A DNA stretch of 64,000 nucleotides from an uncultured delta proteobacterium (lineage in GTDB: Bacteria; Desulfobacterota; Binatia; UBA9968). Below the pieces are notes generated by a model. It worked only from the letters and a program-made list of their open reading frames with translations, had not been told where the DNA came from and ran no database searches. Both the position numbers and the translations under genes were made by a program. The stretch is taken from contig CAVSHR010000007.1 in NCBI GenBank assembly GCA_963727625.1, positions 128,001 through 192,000 of the forward strand, given 5' to 3'. Of the stretch, positions 29,654 to 38,423 are shown piece after piece (the stretch's first letter is position 1; every line of letters begins with the position of its first letter).

Positions 29654-31669
29654 ATGCGGTCGCGGCGAAAATCAAAAGGTTCAAACCAAAGGGCGGCAAG
29701 AAAAACTTCCTTTCTCGTGGAAGAGGCGACGATTGCCGGAGTGCACCGGGCGTTTCGCGCAAAGAAGCTCACGGCGACGGAACTCGTGCAGCTCTATCTC
29801 CAACGCATCAGGGCCTATAGTGGCGTCTGCGTCCGCGGCGATGTCGATGCCGTCACCGGACTGCAGCTGGGAGACCTCACGCCGATCCCGAATGCCGGCC
29901 AGCTCAATGCCTTCATCACGCTCAATCTGAAGGACGACAAGCGTATCAAGCTCGGTTTCCCCGAAAAACTGAAACGGACTCACACCGGGCGCGACGACGC
30001 CAAATATCCCGACGCGCTGGATCGGGCGCGGGATCTCGATCGAAATTTCGCCCGCACCGGCAAGTTGGCCGGTCCGCTCCATGGCATCCCGATCGCGATC
30101 AAGGACAACTACGATACTTTCGACATGCGCACGACGGCGGCAGCGGCGGCCGAGTACGCCGACGACCGCCCGCCCGACGACGCCGCCATGGTCGCAAAGT
30201 TGCGCGCCGCCGGCGCGATCCTGCTCGGCAAGACCAACATGGACGAGTACGCTCCCGCGGGAATTGCCCGCAGCGCCTTCGGCGGCCAGACCTGCAATCC
30301 CTACGATACGACGAGGATTCCCGGGGGATCGAGCGGCGGCTCGGCCGCGGCGGTGGCGGCCAACCTCGCCCTGTGCGCGCTGGGCACCGACACCTCCGGC
30401 TCGGTGCGCTTCCCGTCATCCTGCTGCAGCCTGGTCGGCCTGGTCGCGACCCAAGGGCTGGTGAGCCGCGACGGCATCGTGCCGCTGTCGTTTACCCGGG
30501 ACCGCGGCGGGCCGATCTGCCGCACCGTCGCAGACACGGCGATCCTTCTCGCAGTGCTCGCCGGCTACGATCCCAAAGATCCGGTCACGGCGGCGTGCAA
30601 CCCACGGCCGAAGATTTCCTATGCGCGCCATGCCGGTGGAAAATCGCTGCGCGGAAAAAGGCTCGGCGTGCTGCGCGATCTTATGATCGAAGCGAGCCTG
30701 GCCGATCGGGAAAATATTCGCGTCGCCAACGAAGCGTTCGCCGCCATGAAAAAGGCCGGTGCGACGATCGTCGATCCGGTGAACGTCGATAAAACCATCG
30801 CCGATCTGATTCCCTGTCTCGAGCCCGGCTGGCTAAAGAGAAATTTTCCCGCGGCGTTTCCCGACTCCGCCAAGTCCATCGATCGAATCGTGTCGATGGC
30901 GTTCGACCACAGCCAGGTTCCCTCTGGCGCCCGCGGCGTGAACCTGCGCCTGCTCGCCGCCCAGCCGCGCGGCCACGAAGCACACTACGCGATCAACCGA
31001 TACCTGCGCGAGCGCGGCGACGCCAAGTTCAAAAACCTTGGAGACATGCTCGCCATGCCGATGTTTTCCGGCAATCTGGACAATCTCAAAAGAGCGTTCA
31101 GCGCCGACGCCGAGACTCTGGACACGCCGGCGCAGATCGATCACCTGATACGCATGCAGACCTTGCGGCGGATTATTCTCCAAGTGATGGCGGAGAATAA
31201 TCTCGACGCGCTGGTTTACGCCTATACGACGATCCCGCCGCACATCATCTTGACCAACCGCCTGGCGAAAACCGTGCAGACCCACACCGAGCCGAGAATT
31301 CTAAAAGCCGGAACCGTCATGTCCGATCCGACCCTGGTCCCCGGCGAGCCCGTGCTGAAATCCGACCTCGACACCTACCGAGGCTCGGGCTCGAGCTTCG
31401 CGGTCGGTCTCAGCCCCGAAACCGGCTTCCCCGCCATCGTCGTGCCGGCCGGATTCACCCGAGAAGTCTACGATCGCGTACCGGACGATAGCGATCCCAA
31501 CGGAAGCCGGTTGGAAGGGCCGAAAACAGTCGACCTGCCGGTCGCTTTGGAATTGCTCGCCCGTCCCTTCGAGGAAACCACACTCTTCGAAATCGCCTCT
31601 GCCTTCGAAAGCCTCACACGCCACCGCCGCCCACCGCCGGGATTCGGCGAGCTTGCCGGCGACCGGTGA
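29654..31669 (+). CDS. amidase signature family protein
   Basis: GPLHGIPIAIKDN, GKTNMDE, GGSSGGSAAAVAA, GTDTSGSVRFP (Ser-cisSer-Lys triad). Confidence 0.9.
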   Translation: MRSRRKSKGSNQRAARKTSFLVEEATIAGVHRAFRAKKLTATELVQLYLQRIRAYSGVCVRGDVDAVTGLQLGDLTPIPNAGQLNAFITLNLKDDKRIKLGFPEKLKRTHTGRDDAKYPDALDRARDLDRNFARTGKLAGPLHGIPIAIKDNYDTFDMRTTAAAAAEYADDRPPDDAAMVAKLRAAGAILLGKTNMDEYAPAGIARSAFGGQTCNPYDTTRIPGGSSGGSAAAVAANLALCALGTDTSGSVRFPSSCCSLVGLVATQGLVSRDGIVPLSFTRDRGGPICRTVADTAILLAVLAGYDPKDPVTAACNPRPKISYARHAGGKSLRGKRLGVLRDLMIEASLADRENIRVANEAFAAMKKAGATIVDPVNVDKTIADLIPCLEPGWLKRNFPAAFPDSAKSIDRIVSMAFDHSQVPSGARGVNLRLLAAQPRGHEAHYAINRYLRERGDAKFKNLGDMLAMPMFSGNLDNLKRAFSADAETLDTPAQIDHLIRMQTLRRIILQVMAENNLDALVYAYTTIPPHIILTNRLAKTVQTHTEPRILKAGTVMSDPTLVPGEPVLKSDLDTYRGSGSSFAVGLSPETGFPAIVVPAGFTREVYDRVPDDSDPNGSRLEGPKTVDLPVALELLARPFEETTLFEIASAFESLTRHRRPPPGFGELAGDR

Positions 31670-31794
31670 CGGTGAATGGGCGCCGTTGCCAGTCGCGGTA
31701 GACTCCCGCTGGCCACGCCGATGGGATTATCCTCAATGGCGCTTAGGTCGATATCGTTTGAATGACCGTCGCTAGATTGTTTAGATATCCAGAG

Positions 31795-32021
31795 TGGCAG
31801 CCGAGCTCGTGCGCATGCATCCGCTGAAGATTCTCAAACCGCCGGTCGAGATCGCGTCGCGGGCTTCACCATCTACCAGGGCTGGCACGAAATCCACCGT
31901 AATGACCCCCGTAACCGGTGGCTCCGCGATGCGCTTATCAATGCCGCTAAAGGATAGAAACTGAACGAAGTCCCGCTCGCAACTGGCGCAATGCCCAATC
32001 CGCATAGATAAAATTACTGAA
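31795..32021 (+). repeat. decayed LysR-regulator 3'-end repeat, copy 2
   Basis: GCCGAGCTCGTGCGCATGCATCCGCTGAAGATTCTCAAACCGCCGGTCGAGATC... Homologous to copies 1 and 3; shares the downstream tail to TTACTGAA with copy 3. Confidence 0.8.
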
Positions 32022-32208
32022 TTTTACGAGAGCTCGCTTGAAGATGCCGTGGAGAAATAAGTCAATTCTCAGGCACGACCAGACTTCCTTGTAGATATCC
32101 TTTCACGCCGGTCCTAAGGCCACCTGCTCCATTCTGTCGCAAATAACGTCCTTTCGTCCCTAAACTAAGATTTAATATTTTTATAAAACAGTATATATAT
32201 TAGTTTGT

Positions 32209-32268
32209 TATAATATGCTCCCTAATTTATTAAAAATACTTGACTACTATTAGGGAACATATTATATT
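32209..32268 (+). promoter_or_regulatory. sigma70 promoter of higBA with an 18-bp inverted-repeat operator
   Basis: TTGACT(32240)-17 nt-TATATT(32263). Arms 32209-32226 and 32249-32266 are 17/18 complementary. Confidence 0.75.
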
Positions 32269-32273
32269 AGGCA

Positions 32274-32567
32274 ATGCGGATCATCGCGAAGAGGACTCTG
32301 CGCGAATTTTGGGAGCGCTGTCCGGACGCTGAAGATCCGCTACTGGCGTGGTATCGCGAAGTCGAAAAGGAAGATTGGAGCAACCCGTCACAGGTAAAAG
32401 ACAAGTACAGAAACGCAAGTTTTGTAGGAGATCGCCGCGTTGTGTTCAATATCAAAGGAAATGATTACAGACTCGTTGTTCGGATCAACTATCCGTACCG
32501 GGTGGTTTACGTGCGTTTCGTCGGCACGCATAGAGAATACAATGAGATCGATGTCGAGGAGGTGTGA
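32274..32567 (+). CDS. higB: HigB-family type II toxin (RelE superfamily)
   Basis: MRIIAKRTLREFW, RVVFNIKGNDYRLVV, FVGTHREY. Confidence 0.9.
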   Translation: MRIIAKRTLREFWERCPDAEDPLLAWYREVEKEDWSNPSQVKDKYRNASFVGDRRVVFNIKGNDYRLVVRINYPYRVVYVRFVGTHREYNEIDVEEV

Positions 32568-32568
32568 G

Positions 32569-33798
32569 ATGAGCAATATTCGAGCGATTCGAGCCGAGGC
32601 AGATTACGAAGCCGCTCTCGCTCGTATTGATGCCCTTATGGACGCAGAGAGTGGTACCCCTGAGGGTGAAGAACTCGATGTGCTTACTGACCTTGTCGAA
32701 CTCTACGAGGCGAAGCATGTCCCCATGGGATTTCCGACTCCGTCTGGAGCAATCCGGTTTCGTATGGAGCAATCCGGGCTTTCACCGCGCGATCTTATCC
32801 CGTTCATGGGCAGCCGTGCAAAAGTATCCGAAGTGTTGTCCGGCAAGCGCCCACTCACGATGCAAATGGCGCGCGCGCTCCATGCCAATCTCGGTATTCC
32901 CGCTGACGTGTTGTTACAGCAACCAGGCGGGGAGTTGCATTCGGCGCTCGAAGATACCGAATGGCACCGGTTTCCGTTGGCAGAAATGGCAAAACGTGGG
33001 TGGATCGAGAAGCGACGCAATCTTGACTCCCATGCCGAAGAAATTATGCGTGATCTGATTGGTCGGGCCGGAGGCGAATATGTTTTGCCTGCAGCGTTCT
33101 TCCGGAAGAATGATCAGGCACGTGTCAACGCGAAAACCGATCCATACTCTCTCAAAGCTTGGTGCTGGGAAGTGCTAGCGCGAGCGAATGCGCATCGGCT
33201 GCCTGTCAGCTTTAAACCCGGCACGGTCGATCTCAATTTTCTGCGGAAAGTGGCAATGTTGAGCTGGTCGCAAGACGGTCCCCGACTCGCACAAGAATTC
33301 CTCGCTAATCACCGCATTCATCTCGTGTATCTCGAGCATTTACCACGTACCCACCTCGACGGCGCGGCCCTTCAACTCGCCGACGGTACACCCGTTATCG
33401 GACTGACCTTACGCTATGATCGGCTCGACAACTTCTGGTTCTGCTTGCTGCACGAGCTTGCTCATATCGGCCGCCACATGAATGGGACGAACAATGAAGC
33501 ATTCATCGATGATCTGAGTCTTCGTGACGTGCAAGGCGCGCGACGTGATCCGCGAGAAGCCGAAGCGGATGAATGGGCCGAGAATGGGCTCATTCCAGAA
33601 GACATTTGGAATACGAGCAAGGTAAAAGACAACCCAACGCCGCTGGCCGTCGTGGAGCTAGCGCAGCGCCTCGGCATTCATCCGGCCATCGTTGCCGGTC
33701 GCATCCGATACCAGACACGGAACTTTCGCCTGTTGTCCCACTTTGTCGGGACTGGCACGCTACGGAAGCAGTTTTTGGAGAAGAAAAGCGACGGCTAA
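32569..33798 (+). CDS. higA: HigA-type HTH antitoxin fused to an ImmA/IrrE-family metallopeptidase domain
   Basis: IRAEADYEAALARI, AIRFRMEQ, KVSEVLSGKRPLT; RYDRLDNFWFCLLHELAH (HEXXH), EAEAD. Confidence 0.88.
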   Translation: MSNIRAIRAEADYEAALARIDALMDAESGTPEGEELDVLTDLVELYEAKHVPMGFPTPSGAIRFRMEQSGLSPRDLIPFMGSRAKVSEVLSGKRPLTMQMARALHANLGIPADVLLQQPGGELHSALEDTEWHRFPLAEMAKRGWIEKRRNLDSHAEEIMRDLIGRAGGEYVLPAAFFRKNDQARVNAKTDPYSLKAWCWEVLARANAHRLPVSFKPGTVDLNFLRKVAMLSWSQDGPRLAQEFLANHRIHLVYLEHLPRTHLDGAALQLADGTPVIGLTLRYDRLDNFWFCLLHELAHIGRHMNGTNNEAFIDDLSLRDVQGARRDPREAEADEWAENGLIPEDIWNTSKVKDNPTPLAVVELAQRLGIHPAIVAGRIRYQTRNFRLLSHFVGTGTLRKQFLEKKSDG

Positions 33799-33801
33799 CC
33801 C

Positions 33802-34057
33802 GATGGTATAACGCATCGGGACGGTTCCGTAACGCATGGCGGCCGAGCTCGTGCGCATGCACCCGCTCAAGATTTTCAAACCGCCGGTCGAGATCCCGGG
33901 ATTCACCATGTGCCCCGGCTGGCACGAGATCCACCGGAAAGATCCCGGCCACCGCTGGCTGCGCGATGCGCTAGTCGCTGCCGCCAAAGGAAAGAAACTC
34001 AACTAAGTCTCACTCAAAGCTGGCGCCACGCTAAATTCGCTAGGCAAAGTTACTGAA
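33802..34057 (+). repeat. decayed LysR-regulator 3'-end repeat, copy 3
   Basis: IGTVP*RMAAELVRMHPLKIFKPPVEIPGFTMCPGWHEIHRKDPGHRWLRDALVAAAKGKKLN*; begins 3 nt after the higA stop. Confidence 0.82.
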
Positions 34058-34255
34058 AGGGCGCCCTGTGGAAAGCGAGATGGAGGGTCAGTTAGTAGAG
34101 TTAGGCAAGTCTGACACCGCTGATTGTGCCTGATATCCTCCGCGAGCTCGCGCGGCATTTCATATCGACCGAACTCAAGGTCTCCGACAGCATGTATTCG
34201 GGAGATTAAGCACATCTCGCAAACTGAAGCGTTCGCGTAGAGTCCAGGGGCCAGG

Positions 34256-34734
34256 TTGAGCTAGCCGCGATTTCACGGACAGGAAGTTAAAGAACCGCCC
34301 TCGACCGTTTATAGTCAACAGGGCTGACATTGGGACCGATCATGCGGGAGTTAGCACAGCAGAAAGAGGCCGTGGTGGAGGAGGGGCACTTGATGGCGGA
34401 TCATGTGCACATGTTGCTGTGGATACCGCCAAAATATTCAGTGTCTGGGGTGGTGGGGTTTATCAAGGGAAAGAGTGCGATAGCCATAGCTCGGAGATTT
34501 ATGGACCGGGCGAAGAATTTCATAGGGCAAAACTTTTGGGCGCGGGGGTATTACGTATCGACGGTGGGGCGGGACGAGGCCGAGATACGGCAGTACATCC
34601 GCGCGTAGGAGAAAGAGGATAAACGGCTCGACCAACTGAACATGTTCGAGTAAACAGAAGTGCCGGCGTAGCCGGCCAAACCGCTTTGAGCGGTTCACAA
34701 ACCAAGCCTTCGGCTCTGCCGGAGGTACATGACT
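34256..34734 (+). mobile_element. IS200-family element relic: 5'-deleted tnpA (34330-34653) with in-frame TAG, right-end hairpin
   Basis: DHVH (HUH), IPPKYSVS..GFIKGKS, FWARGYYVSTVG, QYIR; TAG at 34606. Subterminal hairpin CCTTCGGC-TCT-GCCGGAGG at 34707-34725. Confidence 0.88.
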
Positions 34735-34864
34735 CGGAAAAGCTGCGCGCCGCTTCCGTCGCTGAAATGACCCGGCTTCCTTTGACCGAATGCGCCGCAT
34801 AAGTTCGCGGCTCCGGCTTCGAGCGTTTTCGCCCGCGAGATTTTCCTTTTTTGCCAGGTTTCAT
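34735..34864 (-). pseudogene. Phd/YefM-type antitoxin 5' remnant cut by the IS200 end
   Basis: ...VISATEAARSFSE runs directly into IS200 sequence; upstream ATCTGATT direct repeat. Confidence 0.6.
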
Positions 34865-34919
34865 AATAATCTGATTATCTGATTTCTAATTAAATTGAGC
34901 AAGCGACGCCTAAGGTTTG

Positions 34920-36056
34920 CTACCGGCGCCGTCCCTGACCTCTCCCGCCGGTCTCGCCGCCGTTGTCGCCTGCGTCCTTATGCTTCCGGCCCACAACCTC
35001 GCCGGCGACTGGGCCAAGTTGGTCGCCCGCCGCCCATGGGGTGAGCACCCGAACGTCCGGGGGCTTCGGCGCCAGCTTCCACAGCCGTTCGGCGTTACCG
35101 TGCGCGATGGCATGAGCCACGCCTGGGGGAAGCCGACTGAGCGCACACCACCACAACTTCATCTGACCAAGATAACGGCGCGGCACCCAATTACCGGCGA
35201 ACACGTTGTCGAGTGCGAACAGAAACCGGTCGGGATGGGCGACGAACAGCGGTCGCCATTGCGGCGCGATCAGGCGCCCGGCAAAGAGGTTCTGCCAATG
35301 CTTGACCGTATCGATCCGGCTGAAGATGGGGTTGGAGTGCGAGCCGATGAAATACAGGTTGGGATGGGCATCGATCAGGCGTGCGACATCATCCGGCGGC
35401 AGCTGTCCCATGTGGATCATGGCGACGGGCAACTGAGGATGCTCGGAAATCAGCGCCTCTAGGTCGCGCATATAGCGATCGCGCGCCTCCCCTGCGAGCG
35501 AGCCGAACTCGATGTGAGCGATAAACGGCCAACCATGATCGCGCGCAATATCGAGCGCCGAGCGGACCCGTTCATCGTCGACCGTGAGCCGCACTTCCTT
35601 GATGCGGAGATCGGGCTCTCCCTGGTGCCAGATGAGCATCTCGGCGATGCCTCGATACGCACCGGAGGAAAGTTCGACGCTGCGCAAGCTTCGCCATCTC
35701 GAGGCCGCGTTCCTTCCCCGCTGGTTACCCTTGGTGCGTAGCATGAGAACGATCCGCGCTTGCGTGCGCTTTGCGAATTCCCAGATGCTCTCGGGCGGGC
35801 GCTCGAGATGGTTCGACAGCAGCGTCCGGTACACGCCGCCGTGGTCCATTAATGAGAGCACGCGCGCCTCGTCGACCCGTTGATCCATCTGACTGTGCGC
35901 ATCGACAAAATAGAGTCCGTCGAGCGTCGGACAGGCTTGGCTCGCGCTATCGTCTTGCGCGAACGCGATTGCGCACGCAACGAAGAGCCCCAGCGCAGTG
36001 CCGGCCAGCAGACGCGCGATCCGCGGCATCAAAGAATAAGATAGTTTTTTTGCCAT
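34920..36056 (-). CDS. secreted amidohydrolase (TIM-barrel) family protein
   Basis: Signal peptide; VDAHSQ, IAHIE, MIHMG, PDRFLFALD, AHGNAERLW. Confidence 0.78.
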   Translation of the reverse strand: MAKKLSYSLMPRIARLLAGTALGLFVACAIAFAQDDSASQACPTLDGLYFVDAHSQMDQRVDEARVLSLMDHGGVYRTLLSNHLERPPESIWEFAKRTQARIVLMLRTKGNQRGRNAASRWRSLRSVELSSGAYRGIAEMLIWHQGEPDLRIKEVRLTVDDERVRSALDIARDHGWPFIAHIEFGSLAGEARDRYMRDLEALISEHPQLPVAMIHMGQLPPDDVARLIDAHPNLYFIGSHSNPIFSRIDTVKHWQNLFAGRLIAPQWRPLFVAHPDRFLFALDNVFAGNWVPRRYLGQMKLWWCALSRLPPGVAHAIAHGNAERLWKLAPKPPDVRVLTPWAAGDQLGPVAGEVVGRKHKDAGDNGGETGGRGQGRRR

Positions 36057-36152
36057 AACCGCCGTGTCCCGGCCTCCAACCTAGAGAGTCGTATCAGAGT
36101 TGAGTTGCCTCAATTAAACTCTCTTCAGATACCGGCCGCCAATCCTGCTCGA

Positions 36153-36599
36153 CTAATCCGGGATCTCGGGGTCGACGAGCTGCGCGAGCAGGGTGAGCGA
36201 TTCCTGCCAGCCGAGATAGCAGGCCTCGGCGGGAATGACACCGGGCACTCCCTCCTGCACGACGTTCAACTCCGTTCCACAGGACACTGTCTTCAAGGTG
36301 ACGGTCGTCTGGATTTCTCCGGGCAGGTTCGGGTCGTCGAATCTGTCGGTGTAACGGATGCGCTCGTGCGGCGCCAATTCGAGATACTCCCCGCCGAAGG
36401 AGTGACTCTTGCCGCTGCTAAAGTTGGTGAACGACATCTTGAAGGTGCCGCCGACCTTGGCATCCATATGGTGAACCTTTCCGGTGAAGCCGTGGGGCGG
36501 AAGCCATTTGGCCATGGCGTCGCCGTCGAGAAACGCCCGATATACTCTTTCGGGCGTCGCACGGAGGACGCGGTGAAGCCGGATCGTGTTTGTTGGCAT
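36153..36599 (-). CDS. SRPBCC / AHSA1 family protein
   Basis: LHRVLRATPERVYRAF, WLPPHGF, CYLGWQESL. Confidence 0.92.
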   Translation of the reverse strand: MPTNTIRLHRVLRATPERVYRAFLDGDAMAKWLPPHGFTGKVHHMDAKVGGTFKMSFTNFSSGKSHSFGGEYLELAPHERIRYTDRFDDPNLPGEIQTTVTLKTVSCGTELNVVQEGVPGVIPAEACYLGWQESLTLLAQLVDPEIPD

Positions 36600-36867
36600 G
36601 GTTGCTTATCCTTTCGGTGCATTATGTGTTGCGCTTTCGTTTTCCATCTCTATGACGAGTCAAGTCGAATACCCAGGACAGCATCGGCGGGAATTCCCAT
36701 TGTTAAATCTCGGTTAAAAATTTTGTCGCCGTTAGCCTGGCTTCATCATCTCACCGGAAGCGGCGCGTGTAAAACAACCCCGTCGCTTACGTTCAGCCGT
36801 GCCGAGAAATCGGCAAATGCTGAGAAAAGAAAGAAAAGACTAAGAAAAGACTAAGGGAAAAGACTAA

Positions 36868-37874
36868 GGGTCAGACCTGAGTATTGACTTATTGGCGCAC
36901 CTTTGGATATGTTCACCGGCATGGCCAGGAAACCGCGGGTGGAATTTGAAGGGGCGTTTTGCCACGTCATCGTCCGTGGCAATCAGCGCCGGAAGATCTT
37001 TCGCGAGGATCGGGACCGGTTTTACTACCTGGAACGGGTCGAGCACTACCGGCAACGCTATCGATTTAGAATCTACGCCTACGTCCTGATGTCCAACCAC
37101 GTCCATTTCCTGATCCAAACAGGCAAGACACCACTATCGAAAATCCTCCAAGGAATTCAGTTTACATACACCCAATACTATAATCGCCGTTACCGAACAG
37201 TCGGCCATCTCTTCCAAGGTCGGTACAAAGCGATTCTTTGTGACCGGGATGCGTACCTTTTGGAGTTGGTCCGCTACATTCACCTCAACCCCGCTCGTCT
37301 GAAACACCCTGAAGAACTCGCCACCTTTCGGTGGAATAGTCACGGTACCTATTTAGGAAAGAAGGGGCCGGTCGCCGTCGATACCACACTGGTTTTGAAT
37401 CAATTGGGAAACTCGGCAAGCCAGGCTTATAAGGCATATCAACGATTTATCGAGGGCGGGCGGGGCCTGGGGCACGACGATCGTTACTACCAAGCGATCG
37501 ATCAGAGATTTCTGGGCGATGAGAAATTCATTGGGCACATGGCCAAGCGAGCGCCAAAGGCCGAGATCAGACCAGGCGGACGGAAGCTGCCATTTGAAAA
37601 GCTACTGCCCGCGGTGGCTCAGGTTCATGGATGCGGCGTCAAAGAACTCACGGCGGCTGGACGGCAGCGCGCGTGGGCCAAGCCGCGAGCGCAGCTTGCA
37701 TATTTGGCGCGCGAGTGGTGTGCCATGAAGGCAATTGAGGTTGCTCGTTGGCTGAACCGTGATGCATCCATGGTGAGCCGGCTCTGCGCGAATTATGAAG
37801 CAGCTCGAGATTCTAAGACGGAAAAGAAGATTGCTGAGTTGACCGACAAATAATTCATAACTCAGGCCTGACCC
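36868..37874 (+). mobile_element. RAYT-type element bounded by 23-bp terminal inverted repeats
   Basis: Left GGGTCAGACCTGAGTATTGACTT (36868-36890) versus right AATTCATAACTCAGGCCTGACCC (37852-37874); 19/23 complementary. Confidence 0.8.
36921..37853 (+). CDS. REP-associated tyrosine transposase (Y1 HUH) with C-terminal DnaA-like HTH
   Basis: MARKPR, HVIVRGN, YVLMSNHVH (HUH), GHLFQGRY, VRYIHLNP. Confidence 0.9.
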   Translation: MARKPRVEFEGAFCHVIVRGNQRRKIFREDRDRFYYLERVEHYRQRYRFRIYAYVLMSNHVHFLIQTGKTPLSKILQGIQFTYTQYYNRRYRTVGHLFQGRYKAILCDRDAYLLELVRYIHLNPARLKHPEELATFRWNSHGTYLGKKGPVAVDTTLVLNQLGNSASQAYKAYQRFIEGGRGLGHDDRYYQAIDQRFLGDEKFIGHMAKRAPKAEIRPGGRKLPFEKLLPAVAQVHGCGVKELTAAGRQRAWAKPRAQLAYLAREWCAMKAIEVARWLNRDASMVSRLCANYEAARDSKTEKKIAELTDK

Positions 37875-37896
37875 TCTCGCTTGTTCACCCTCTCGC

Positions 37897-38328
37897 TTGT
37901 TCAGTATGTCGACGCAAATCGGAATTGAGCGCGCGGCATACTACGACACACTCGAAATCACGCAAAAGGGCGACTTGGATATTTCGCCCTGGCTGCAGTG
38001 GTTTCTGAGTTGTCTCGACCGGGCCTTCGACGCCACGAAAAAAACCTTGAGCGGCGTTGTCCACAAAGCGGGTTTTTGGGAGAAACATAAAAATATAGCG
38101 TTCAATGAGCGCCAACGTAGGATGCTGAATATTCTGTTCGACGGGTTCGAAGGCAAACTGACGTCGTCCAAGTGGGCGAAGATCGCCAAGTGTTCGCAGG
38201 ATACGGCAGCGCGCGACATCAACTATCTCATTGAGCGAGGTATTCTTACCAAAGACCCCGGCGGCGGGCGCAGCACTAGCTATTCTTTGACCGAATCACC
38301 GCCCAACAGCGTTGCCCAAAAAATCTAA
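37897..38328 (+). pseudogene. C-terminal fragment of a Fic-family protein
   Basis: FSMSTQI..ER.AYY..LE..QKG.LDI..WL.WFL, NERQ, GFEGKLTSSKWAKIAKCSQDTAARDI, GGRSTSY. The Fic HPFxDGNGR core is missing. Confidence 0.82.
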
Positions 38329-38423
38329 TTGCCGACGCAGCAAGCTCCAAGAACCGCCGCCTACGGCAGCGCTCGGGGCTTGGGCTTAAGGTGATTAAGG
38401 GAAACCGGATCTCTATTCGTGCG

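Noticed and set aside
34043-34080. GGCAAAGTTACTGAAAGG resembling the start of a c-di-GMP-I riboswitch
   Set aside because: The complementary strand of the stem and the GACGCAAAGC segment are missing; the homologous position in repeat copy 2 does not keep the motif.
33792-34106. Possible integron attC: higA stop within GGCTAAC and a downstream GTTAGGC at ~34100
   Set aside because: The boxes are ~300 bp apart, too long for attC. No paired L boxes are evident, the other cargo genes lack such sites, and there is no integron integrase in the window.
34606-34608. In-frame TAG in IS200 tnpA as possible recoding (pyrrolysine or readthrough)
   Set aside because: The gene is also 5'-deleted; a CAG-to-TAG nonsense mutation in a dead element is simpler.
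36833-36870. Short direct repeats as a CRISPR array
   Set aside because: Units are 11-13 bp with no spacers and no cas genes. No CRISPR array, tRNA or rRNA was recognised anywhere in the window.
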